Shown here piece after piece: positions 8,731-16,715 of a stretch of DNA of 32,000 bases. The notes under the pieces are model-generated. The model did no database searches. It worked only from the letters and a program-made list of their open reading frames with translations, and had not been told where the DNA came from. The position numbers and the translations under genes were made by a program. Position 1 is the stretch's first letter. Each line of letters starts with the position of its first letter. Source of the stretch: Paenibacillus algorifonticola (GTDB lineage: Bacteria; Bacillota; Bacilli; Paenibacillales; Paenibacillaceae). The stretch is taken from NCBI RefSeq assembly GCF_000971975.1, contig NZ_LAQO01000003.1, positions 175,181 to 207,180 of the forward strand. Direction: 5' to 3'.

Positions 8731-10193
8731 GAAAACTAAAATGTGTTTTTCCTGAGTATAAAGAAATACAGAGGCAATTCACTTGGAATCCGGACTGGAT
8801 CTCAGATTACGAATCACCTTGGGGAATTTTCGAAAAATTTAAGTACGCAAATTGCGTTACGGCAAAAGATATTCTGTTCCAATTCGGTAATGAGGAAGTA
8901 TTAAGTAGAAGATCCATAAGTTACAGTCAACAGAATTGCAATCTAATTGATATGCCCCGATTGAACAATGAAAGTATTACAAACATCTTGAAATTAGACG
9001 TAAAAGCTAGAAATCAAGAGTTTATGAACCTGATGGCATTTGTTCCGAGACATCGTCCTTATCAAGATTTTTTTCGCAAACAGCTTACATTCTGCTTAAC
9101 GTGCATGAAGAAAGGCTTTCACAGCATATTAAACCAATTCTCGTTAATTCATGTATGTCCTATCCATGGAGATCCATTGTCGGACCGCTGTCCGATATGC
9201 GATAAATCTTATCCGTATCGTCTCGGTGATGATGCGTTAACTGCACCGTTTCAATGTTCCTGTGGCCATCAATATTTAAGCGGTACTTGTAATTATTCGG
9301 AGTTATGGGAATCCAAACCCGTAATCCAATCAACCGAAGTGGCTGATTGGATATCCATGCACTATAAACAAAAGATCAATTTTAATGATCTCATTTTGTC
9401 CAGTGAAATTTCGTTTCGTAATTTACAAGGTGGCATGGATTTTATTTTGCAGGCAGTCGATCCAAGTTATAAATCAATTCAGCCCGAAAAACATTATGTG
9501 GTTAAGTCGCCGTCAAGAATCATGGTTTACGGAAATTATAATAAAGAATTCGAATCCATTAGAGAGTCTGGCAGTGATGAGAGGTACCTCAGATTCATTG
9601 AAAAAATAAACGAACTGATTTACCAGAGCAATAGAAGCACCTTCTATGCGATTGCTAAACACTTGAGAGCTACAATCCTTCGGGATCATATCGCTTGTGT
9701 TAGAAAGTTAGAACTGTTTGATACCAAATGCCCTTATGCGTTTGCATATGTAAATTGGAAAAAATTTATTGAAGGACATACACATACGCGACAGGTAGAC
9801 AATAAATATCGGCCTTCAAGAGAACGAAGCAAATATGAAATGGAGTTCATCTCAAAACAAGACGACTCGGCATTATGGGATATTATCACCAAGTGGGAAT
9901 ATGGCAAGCCCTATTGGAAGTATAAACATCTTACAGCAACAATTTGGATTATCAACAGAGTGCTTGCTCATTTCGCTCTCAATCATTTTTACAGCTGGTT
10001 AGAAATCGCTAAGAATACGGAATCACTTGGCTTGGAGTTTGATAATGTTCCTTTTCGTTACGAAAACGTTCCGTTTTTTCTTATCAAACTACCTCGTGAC
10101 AATGAAAAGGAACTAGAGTTCCATTGGTGGCTTAAGGACCATGATCAAAACAAGCCCCATTTGGTGTGCCCATTCAAAACTGGTTTCGGATAA
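8727..10193 (+). CDS. tniQ: TniQ/TnsD-like target-selection protein
   Basis: 488 aa; its ATGA start overlaps the tnsC stop. Cys/His cluster CLTCMKKGFH...VCPIHGDPLSDRCPICD, typical of the TniQ/TnsD zinc-finger region. Size is close to Tn7 TnsD. Confidence 0.75.
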   Translation: MRKLKCVFPEYKEIQRQFTWNPDWISDYESPWGIFEKFKYANCVTAKDILFQFGNEEVLSRRSISYSQQNCNLIDMPRLNNESITNILKLDVKARNQEFMNLMAFVPRHRPYQDFFRKQLTFCLTCMKKGFHSILNQFSLIHVCPIHGDPLSDRCPICDKSYPYRLGDDALTAPFQCSCGHQYLSGTCNYSELWESKPVIQSTEVADWISMHYKQKINFNDLILSSEISFRNLQGGMDFILQAVDPSYKSIQPEKHYVVKSPSRIMVYGNYNKEFESIRESGSDERYLRFIEKINELIYQSNRSTFYAIAKHLRATILRDHIACVRKLELFDTKCPYAFAYVNWKKFIEGHTHTRQVDNKYRPSRERSKYEMEFISKQDDSALWDIITKWEYGKPYWKYKHLTATIWIINRVLAHFALNHFYSWLEIAKNTESLGLEFDNVPFRYENVPFFLIKLPRDNEKELEFHWWLKDHDQNKPHLVCPFKTGFG

Positions 10194-10288
10194 TCTGTTC
10201 GTAGTGAAGTTATGAATAAGCTCGAACTACAGCAGCTAATTTCAAGCCATCTTATGGTTTCCTAATTTCTAAATATGGAGCGTATGGT

Positions 10289-10954
10289 ATGGATATTGAC
10301 TTAAACAAATTGCGTGATACCGGATGGATTTTCTTAAGGGGAGAGAAGTCACTGAAACAAGATAATCTACTAAAACTAGCAAACACCTTGGGTGAACCAA
10401 TTCCATCGAGGGCAACTGGTACCCTAGTTGATACACTAATGCCTGTAGATACGAAGAAGGCAAGACCAAATTCATTGAGCGCATTATATGGGACAGGTCA
10501 TTTTCCATTACATACTGATACTGCTTATAAAAAAGTTCCAGCAAGATATATTTTATTGTATGCAAAGCAAATTGAGGGTGAAGTTCAGTCAACAACTTTA
10601 ATAGATCTTGAGAAAATTAAGTTTTCTCAAGATCTTGAAGAGCGTTTAGATAGATGTTTATACACCATTATAAATAGTCGGCATAGTTTCTTGGCTACTC
10701 TACGTGGATATAGCAATACTCACAGAAAGAACTGGATCAGGTTCGATACAAGCTGTATGCTCGCAACGAATAAGGAATCAACTGTTACAATAAACGAGCT
10801 TAATGAATCGATCTCCAAAGTTACATTGGATACAATAAACTGGACTCAAGGCGATATATTGATCATAGATAATTGGCGTTGTTTGCATGGACGAGGAGTA
10901 GCTAATTCGAGCGCCAAAGCAGTTCGGGTTATAGAAAGAGTTACAATACAATAA
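10289..10954 (+). CDS. TauD/TfdA-like Fe(II)/2-oxoglutarate dioxygenase (transposon cargo)
   Basis: 221 aa. HxD facial-triad motif in GHFPLHTDTAY, and a distal His/Arg in IIDNWRCLHGRG (the family's DN....H.R pattern). Short for the family. GGAGCG RBS. Confidence 0.6.
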   Translation: MDIDLNKLRDTGWIFLRGEKSLKQDNLLKLANTLGEPIPSRATGTLVDTLMPVDTKKARPNSLSALYGTGHFPLHTDTAYKKVPARYILLYAKQIEGEVQSTTLIDLEKIKFSQDLEERLDRCLYTIINSRHSFLATLRGYSNTHRKNWIRFDTSCMLATNKESTVTINELNESISKVTLDTINWTQGDILIIDNWRCLHGRGVANSSAKAVRVIERVTIQ

Positions 10955-10971
10955 GAAATACGGAGGCCATT

Positions 10972-11865
10972 ATGATAGATTACGAATCCTTATGGAACAA
11001 ATCTAAATTATACATGGGAAAAGCAATTAACAAACGTGACGAAGGGGATTTCGCTGAGTTTCAACTCTGGGCATCTCTTTTTTTGGAACTCTTAGGGAAG
11101 GCTGCATTAGCATATAAGCACCCGTCATTGATTGTTGATCCCAACACTCCACACGGATTCTTGGTTGCTATTAACGAGTCTCAGAGCACAGATTTTAAGA
11201 CAATTACAGCAAAAACAGTATTTGAACGCCTTCAAAACTTAGTAAATGTCCCCCGTTTTGATGCTGATACAAAGAAATTTTGCATGACTCTAGCAAATCA
11301 CAGAAACGAGGAATTGCACTCGGGAGCACTTCCTTTCGTAGGAATGAGTATGGACCACTGGCTGCCAAAGTTTTGGGATGTATGTAAAATGCTTCTTGAG
11401 TTTCAAAACAAATCGTTACGTGATCTGCTCGGACCAAGAGAGGCAAGAGCGACAGAAGAGATTATTCAAGCTCGGTCCGTCAGTTTGAAGGCGATAATTG
11501 AAGCTCGAATTCAGAGACATCGTACAGAAGTGAGGATAAAATACGAAGGTCCTGTTCCTCGTGATGTGTTGAAAGTGATCCCTGTATTATCAGATGATGA
11601 TCAGGAAACCACTACATGCCCTTCTTGCGGCAGCCACGCTGTAATATACGGAGAAATTTTAGATGAAGGACCAGAGTATATCGACGAGGAAGAGCCGTGG
11701 ATAACATACCAGGATAATCAATATGAAATCACGTCATTAAAGTGTAGAGTTTGCGATTTGAAACTAAATAGTTTAGACGAGGTAACGGCCGCCGGCATAG
11801 ATCATACGTTTGAGAAAACAATTACTATTGAGCCTGATTATGAACCCGAATACGGAAATGACTAA
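10972..11865 (+). CDS. HEPN-motif protein with C-terminal zinc ribbon (transposon cargo)
   Basis: 297 aa; starts 17 nt after the dioxygenase gene, with an ACGGAGG RBS. The helical N-terminal domain carries LANHRNEELHSG, i.e. the R-N-x3-H (Rx4-6H) HEPN ribonuclease signature. The C-terminus has paired CxxC (CPSCGSHA...CRVCDLK). Confidence 0.55.
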   Translation: MIDYESLWNKSKLYMGKAINKRDEGDFAEFQLWASLFLELLGKAALAYKHPSLIVDPNTPHGFLVAINESQSTDFKTITAKTVFERLQNLVNVPRFDADTKKFCMTLANHRNEELHSGALPFVGMSMDHWLPKFWDVCKMLLEFQNKSLRDLLGPREARATEEIIQARSVSLKAIIEARIQRHRTEVRIKYEGPVPRDVLKVIPVLSDDDQETTTCPSCGSHAVIYGEILDEGPEYIDEEEPWITYQDNQYEITSLKCRVCDLKLNSLDEVTAAGIDHTFEKTITIEPDYEPEYGND

Positions 11866-11998
11866 TATGCGGCTTAATAAAATGAATGAGATAATTTAGA
11901 TTTGGGATTATTATTTTAAGAAATGGTGTTCAATAGCCTGAATTTGTTTTTTCGTAAATTGATTGGTACATTCACCAAAATAACTAGAGGTGCATACA

Positions 11999-13777
11999 AT
12001 GAGCCATATTCGTATAGAGGGCATACAAGTCCAAAATTACAGGTCATTTGGCCAAGCAGTAACAGTTCATTTTCCTAATAGCGATTTTAAAAAACCAGTA
12101 GCAATAGTCGGGTACAATAATGCAGGTAAGACGAATTTTCTTAATTCAATTTTGTACGGAATAACAGAAAAGTATGTGACTAAAGACACCTTTACAATTA
12201 ACGACTTTCACAAAAGGAAATTTAGCAATATACCTAAAATTGTAACTAAAGTAAGCAGTAGTAGCGAGCCTAAAGTTGAATGGGGGACTGCAAATCTCAC
12301 TGGATATCATTTTTTAGAAATCAAACTCGATGGTCATGAAATAGAGAGCACAAAAATTAGTTCCTATGATGACTACAATCAAAGTAGCAGGAGTTCTAGC
12401 GCTTTCGGTGCAGCAAAGTATTTTAAAATATTCTACATAAACTTCCATGAAATAAAAAAAGAAATATCGACAAAGAAAACGAGTTGGGGAAACCTGTCTT
12501 CTTTTCTTGCAAAGCATATCAGAAGCATAGTGGATACAGATAATATTATGGTTGGAAAAAAAGATGTTTTTAAAGGAGAAGTAAAAAGCGCGACTGATAA
12601 AGTTCTTGCAGACTCTAAATTAAATGAATTTCTTGGAAAAATACAAATTAATTATTCAACAAATTTAAGGCAGAATCAGTGCCACATTGAATTTGGATTA
12701 CCTGATTATGAAGATATATTTTTAGAGATGATGTTTAAAGTGGGTCTTAACGGAGACATGGATAATCTGGTGCCAATCGACCATTTCGGCGATGGTTACA
12801 TTTCTATGTTTGTTATGGCAGTAATTCAAGCAATAGCAGAGAGCAACGGAACCGACAAGTGCCTGTTTTTATTTGAAGAACCTGAGAGCTTTCTACATGA
12901 AAATCACCAAGAATATTTCTACAAAACCGTTCTTTGTGGATTAGCGGAAAAGGGACATCAAGTAATTTATACAACACATTCTGATAAAATGTTGGATATC
13001 TTTGATACCCGAGGCTTGATTCGTTTTGAATTTGATGAAATAACCAAACAAACTGTTCTGAAATACAACAAACATGATAAAGAAATTTTTGAAGATTCAG
13101 ATGAAGAAGCACTTTCTGAAATAAAAGACTATTACAATTATATTAAGCTAATTGATCCAAATCTTAATAAAATAATATTCAGTAAAAAAGTGCTACTAGT
13201 AGAAGGTCCCAATGACCTGATGACGTATAAAGAAATTATCAGAAGAAATGTATTGGATATCACTGCTGATGATAAGTATGCTGCTACATATTTGAATTTT
13301 AATAATATCTCAATAATTCCACATCATGGTAAAATTACTGCTTCAATTTTAATCAAGCTCTGCAAACATTTTGGAATTGATTATTTTGTGATTAATGATT
13401 TCGACTTTGAACAAGATTTTGTCTCAGAACTCACCTTTACATCAATCGATGAGTTGCAAAAAAGCCATCTATATAACGATGGATTAGAAGAAATCATTGT
13501 TTTTAATTCCAAAGGTGAAGCAATGAATGCTAAAACCAAACGTTCAATGATAACAACAAATTGGAGATTAATTTCGGAATCATCTCCTGCGAAAATACAT
13601 TTTAACATTCCAAAACTAGAGTCAGTTATAGGCTATGACTCTAATGACAAAAGCAGTGTTGGAATTTGGAACACACTTAAAAAGACCTCTCATTTTGGAG
13701 AGGAGATCTTCCCAGCAAAACTTCAAGAATTCCTTGAAATAACTCAGATCAAGAAGAAGCATGAGGGACAAAATTAA
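11999..13777 (+). CDS. OLD-family nuclease (ABC-type ATPase + Toprim) (transposon cargo)
   Basis: ORF 11990..13777. AGAGG favours ATG 11999 (MSHIRIEGIQVQNYRSF). Walker A GYNNAGKT, Walker B/D-loop LFLFEEPESFLH and H-loop YTTHS, with a long insertion between A and B as in OLD/GajA. The C-terminal Toprim has LLVEGPND and VINDFDFE. Confidence 0.8.
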   Translation: MSHIRIEGIQVQNYRSFGQAVTVHFPNSDFKKPVAIVGYNNAGKTNFLNSILYGITEKYVTKDTFTINDFHKRKFSNIPKIVTKVSSSSEPKVEWGTANLTGYHFLEIKLDGHEIESTKISSYDDYNQSSRSSSAFGAAKYFKIFYINFHEIKKEISTKKTSWGNLSSFLAKHIRSIVDTDNIMVGKKDVFKGEVKSATDKVLADSKLNEFLGKIQINYSTNLRQNQCHIEFGLPDYEDIFLEMMFKVGLNGDMDNLVPIDHFGDGYISMFVMAVIQAIAESNGTDKCLFLFEEPESFLHENHQEYFYKTVLCGLAEKGHQVIYTTHSDKMLDIFDTRGLIRFEFDEITKQTVLKYNKHDKEIFEDSDEEALSEIKDYYNYIKLIDPNLNKIIFSKKVLLVEGPNDLMTYKEIIRRNVLDITADDKYAATYLNFNNISIIPHHGKITASILIKLCKHFGIDYFVINDFDFEQDFVSELTFTSIDELQKSHLYNDGLEEIIVFNSKGEAMNAKTKRSMITTNWRLISESSPAKIHFNIPKLESVIGYDSNDKSSVGIWNTLKKTSHFGEEIFPAKLQEFLEITQIKKKHEGQN

Positions 13778-13805
13778 AAAAATTAACAGAAGGGGCAAAG
13801 AAAAA

Positions 13806-14927
13806 ATGTCAACTTTTCACAAAACTTTCGATGAAGTGAACGAAGACGATTTGAAATTTTTTATTGAAAGTGGAGCTACAGAAGGGTTACAGCTCGAATT
13901 TAAAGAAACGATTTCAAATAACATTAGTCTAGTTGAAGAGGTGGCTGCATTTGCAAATACACAAGGTGGAGATCTATTTATTGGAGTGAAGGAAAGGGAA
14001 GGAACTCCGATTGAGGTTACCGGCATTGATATCAACCCCGATCAAGAAATTTTAAAGTATAAGCAATGGGTAGAAACTAATACTGATCCAGCTCTTACAA
14101 ATATATTGTACAGACATATTTCCTTGACCGGTGGAGGGCACGTTATCCATATACGCGTACCAAGGAGCTGGAATGGGCCACATATGGTTAAGAATTTTAA
14201 GTTTATGTTACGTACAGCCTCTGCTAAAGTCCCTGCAGGTACATCTGATATTAGAAGAATGATGAATGTTAGAGATCATTTTCTTGATCAATACAATCGA
14301 TTTCGTGTACAACGTATAGAAAAAACATTAAACATATATAAACAAGAGACGCCCTTTGTACTAGTTCACTTCTTACCGACTTCTGCTTTTAATATTGAAT
14401 CAAATTATCCTATAGTCGAAAGGCGAAGTAGTATTAATCTTTCTGTGTTAGGTGGATCAGGATATAACCAGGGCATAAATGCCCATGGATTATACTATCA
14501 ATCTATAGGAACCAATGGTTATAGGGGGCATACCCAAATATTTCGGAATGCTATTATAGAACAAGTGTCAAATATGTCGTTTAATTATCGTAAAAGCTAT
14601 GAAGAGCCACGTAAAGAGTTTTTTAGCACTACACATTTTGAAAATTCACTAAGAGATTCAATTCTTAATCAAATAAGGAATTATGAACAGCTGAACATGC
14701 AAGATCCCTTTTACATATTCGTTAACCTAATTGGGGCGAGTGGAGTAATAGGACATTCATATGGGGCATATTACATTTCAGCTCCTCAAGCAATCGATGA
14801 TGATTTACTTCAGCTGCCAGAAACTATGATTGATCCGATTGCAAATCTAGATCTAGAAGTGATTTTATCAACGATTATTAACTATTTATGGAATGCCTTT
14901 GGGTTTGTAAGCAAACCAGAACAATGA
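13806..14927 (+). CDS. Schlafen/AlbA_2-domain protein with unknown C-terminal domain (transposon cargo)
   Basis: ORF 13761..14927. GAAGGGG favours ATG 13806 (MSTFHKTF), 28 nt after the OLD gene stop. N-terminal EGLQLEFKE...VAAFANTQGGDLFIGVKE is the AlbA_2 (Schlafen-like) signature. The ~230-aa C-terminal part is unassigned. Confidence 0.7.
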   Translation: MSTFHKTFDEVNEDDLKFFIESGATEGLQLEFKETISNNISLVEEVAAFANTQGGDLFIGVKEREGTPIEVTGIDINPDQEILKYKQWVETNTDPALTNILYRHISLTGGGHVIHIRVPRSWNGPHMVKNFKFMLRTASAKVPAGTSDIRRMMNVRDHFLDQYNRFRVQRIEKTLNIYKQETPFVLVHFLPTSAFNIESNYPIVERRSSINLSVLGGSGYNQGINAHGLYYQSIGTNGYRGHTQIFRNAIIEQVSNMSFNYRKSYEEPRKEFFSTTHFENSLRDSILNQIRNYEQLNMQDPFYIFVNLIGASGVIGHSYGAYYISAPQAIDDDLLQLPETMIDPIANLDLEVILSTIINYLWNAFGFVSKPEQ

Positions 14928-15034
14928 CACAAATGTGCCCTCAATCATTTAGTTGATTGAGGGCACATTTGTGTCAAAACCCTTATTGAGGGTATTGTTG
15001 AGTCGTCATTGGGAGGGATTTGAGTCATTAGACA
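14925..15034. repeat. distal transposon end with four TnsB-type binding repeats
   Basis: There is a perfect 23-bp inverted pair: TGACACAAATGTGCCCTCAATCA (14925-14947) and its complement (14954-14976). Two more minus-oriented copies follow (14985-15008 and 15008-15034), the last ending in the ACA terminus. Confidence 0.8.
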
Positions 15035-15039
15035 ACACA
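15035..15039. repeat. 5-bp target-site duplication ACACA (distal copy)
   Basis: Identical to 4873-4877 and directly abuts the ACA terminus. Confidence 0.8.
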
Positions 15040-15141
15040 AAAGAAACCAGTCGTGGTAAGGCTTTGAGTCTATTTATATACATATGTATAAAATACGGGT
15101 TTTGTGAAAATGTCTGTGAGAATCCGCGTAACCACGCGGGT

Positions 15142-16212
15142 TTATCGGTCCATGTTATCTACAGCTTTCCTCATCTCTTCATCTGTTAGATGTGTATATA
15201 TCATTGTTGTTTGTATCGATGAATGTCCTAATTGATTTTTTAATCTCGGGACATCATTGTTCTCTAGATGGTATCGTGTTGCGAAAGAATGTCTTAGTGA
15301 ATGTACGGTTAAAGCTGGTTTCCCAAAAGCAGTTGCATATTTTTCGATTAGTTTTTCAATGGATCTTTGCGTTAAGCGCCGGCTTTTTCCTTTACGGCCG
15401 ATAGGAGCTGCAATAAACAAAAAGGGTTCCAGTTTTTCTGGTTTGTATCTTGATTCTCGAATTTGTAGATAACTTTCCACATCTAATAATGCTTGCTTGC
15501 TGAAGTAAACGTATTGTTCTTTATTGCCTTTGCGTATCACTCGTACGATAGCTTTACTTAAATCCAGATCTTCCAGGTTAATGCCGGCAACCTCAGAAAG
15601 CCTAAGTCCGGAGCCTAAAATAAGAGATACGATCGCTGTATCCCGTTCACGATTCATCTGATGGAAATGATATATCCGTTTATTCTCTTTATTTACTTCT
15701 CCGAAATCATGGGCTACAAATTGTCTAAACGCCTCAAATTCGTCTTCTCTGAGAATTTTCCCTTCAATACGGTTCGCAATGGTTTCCTGGCTTTCCTTGA
15801 CGACATTTAAATCCATTTTGGCCATGACATTACGCTGAATATATGGCTTTAGCTCAGCGGTCTCAGCCTTGTTCTGCAGGTAATCAAACAAGGATTTCAG
15901 TGACGATAACTTGCGATTAATCGTGAGATTTGTATTACCCAGCTGATACTCTAAAAAAGATAAAAAATTCTCTACTTCACGGATCGTCAGCGTTTCTAAT
16001 GAAGCTAAACTAATCTCTGTACGGCTGGCCGTTGTTAAGTTTTCTGCAACCAACCAGTCAAAAAATATAATGTAATCATGGCAATAATTAAGAAGCGTTG
16101 TTGGAGAAAGCTTGCGTTTACGGCTATCAATAAATTCAGTCACGAACCACGGCAATTGATTTATTTTTTCATCTATGCGATTCATGTAATGAAGCTTCAT
16201 TTGTTTGTCCAT
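15142..16212 (-). CDS. tyrosine site-specific recombinase, XerS-like architecture
   Basis: 356 aa with a GGAGG RBS. C-terminal catalytic signature: SGLRLSE (Arg), LRHSFATRY (H/R), GHSSIQTTMIYTH (His, Tyr). Length and N-terminal layout (LPWFVTEFIDS...SPTTLLNY) resemble streptococcal XerS as I recall it. Confidence 0.8.
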   Translation of the reverse strand: MDKQMKLHYMNRIDEKINQLPWFVTEFIDSRKRKLSPTTLLNYCHDYIIFFDWLVAENLTTASRTEISLASLETLTIREVENFLSFLEYQLGNTNLTINRKLSSLKSLFDYLQNKAETAELKPYIQRNVMAKMDLNVVKESQETIANRIEGKILREDEFEAFRQFVAHDFGEVNKENKRIYHFHQMNRERDTAIVSLILGSGLRLSEVAGINLEDLDLSKAIVRVIRKGNKEQYVYFSKQALLDVESYLQIRESRYKPEKLEPFLFIAAPIGRKGKSRRLTQRSIEKLIEKYATAFGKPALTVHSLRHSFATRYHLENNDVPRLKNQLGHSSIQTTMIYTHLTDEEMRKAVDNMDR

Positions 16213-16350
16213 ATGTAAGAACCTCCTATAGTTAAATATATATCACGCATAATTATTCGTCAAATTATTATTTTACGTAATTATATAGGTGTAGCCTTGT
16301 TCATCCCATCCGGTTCGCAGGATCGCTGAGGAAGCTAAGTTTTTTTTCTT

Positions 16351-16626
16351 TAGTTTAGTTGCTACCACTCTTGGAGTCTTTTGATTGTATTACCTCCGCT
16401 TTTGTACTCTATTGGTATGCCACATATTGGATCAGGAATGGGTACAATTATGACCGCATCTGAATTACCCATGGCCGTTATAATGTCTTCACTTGTACTA
16501 GGAGAATTCGTAGGTTGGTCTCAATGGCTTGGAGTTATTATTATTTTATGCGGTATCTCATTTAGCAGCATAAGACAAAGAGGATCAAGACCACAATCTT
16601 CAATGAAGGAATATACATCTCTTTAG
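16351..16626 (+). pseudogene. EamA/DMT-family transporter, C-terminal fragment only
   Basis: The frame is open only from 16351, with three stops just upstream. It encodes about 90 aa with two TM helices and the typical DMT C-terminus (ELPMAVIMSSLVLGEFVGWSQWLGVIIILCGI). The ~200 N-terminal residues and a credible start/RBS are missing. Confidence 0.55.
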
Positions 16627-16715
16627 ACTTAGCGATGTATGAAGGAGAAAGTTATAGGTGAATTCCATCGTTACACATATATCAAAAATCCAAAATTTAA
16701 GAAATTGATGAAATA

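Larger units (their letters stand above)
4878..15034 (+). mobile_element. Tn7-like transposon (tnsA-tnsB-tnsC-tniQ/tnsD core plus 4-gene cargo)
   Basis: The termini are 5'-TGTCCAATGACAC.. (4878) and ..GAGTCATTAGACA-3' (15034), which are inverted matches: TGTC[C/T]AATGAC[A/T]CAAA. They are flanked by identical ACACA pentamers. Each end carries multiple ~22-bp repeats. The core transposition operon lies adjacent to the left end. Confidence 0.88.

Noticed and set aside
10269-10595. 108-aa minus-strand ORF at the start of the cargo
   Set aside because: It is antisense to the TauD-like gene, which carries the HxD motif in frame.
11999-13777. Calling the OLD-family gene Gabija (GajA) or PARIS (AriA/AriB)
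   Set aside because: No UvrD/PcrA-like helicase gene is adjacent, so there is no GajB. The ATPase and Toprim domains are fused rather than split into two genes. The downstream gene is an AlbA_2 protein instead.
4878-15034. CRISPR-associated transposon (CAST), or any CRISPR array in the window
   Set aside because: I could find no repeat-spacer periodicity anywhere in the 32 kb. No cas-like ORFs are present (no Cas12k, Cas6/7/8). The repeats at the element ends are transposase-binding-site arrays, not CRISPR repeats.
14953-15189. 78-aa ORF across the distal transposon terminus
   Set aside because: It starts inside the terminal palindrome, crosses the element boundary and overlaps the recombinase 3' end on the opposite strand. 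It has no RBS.
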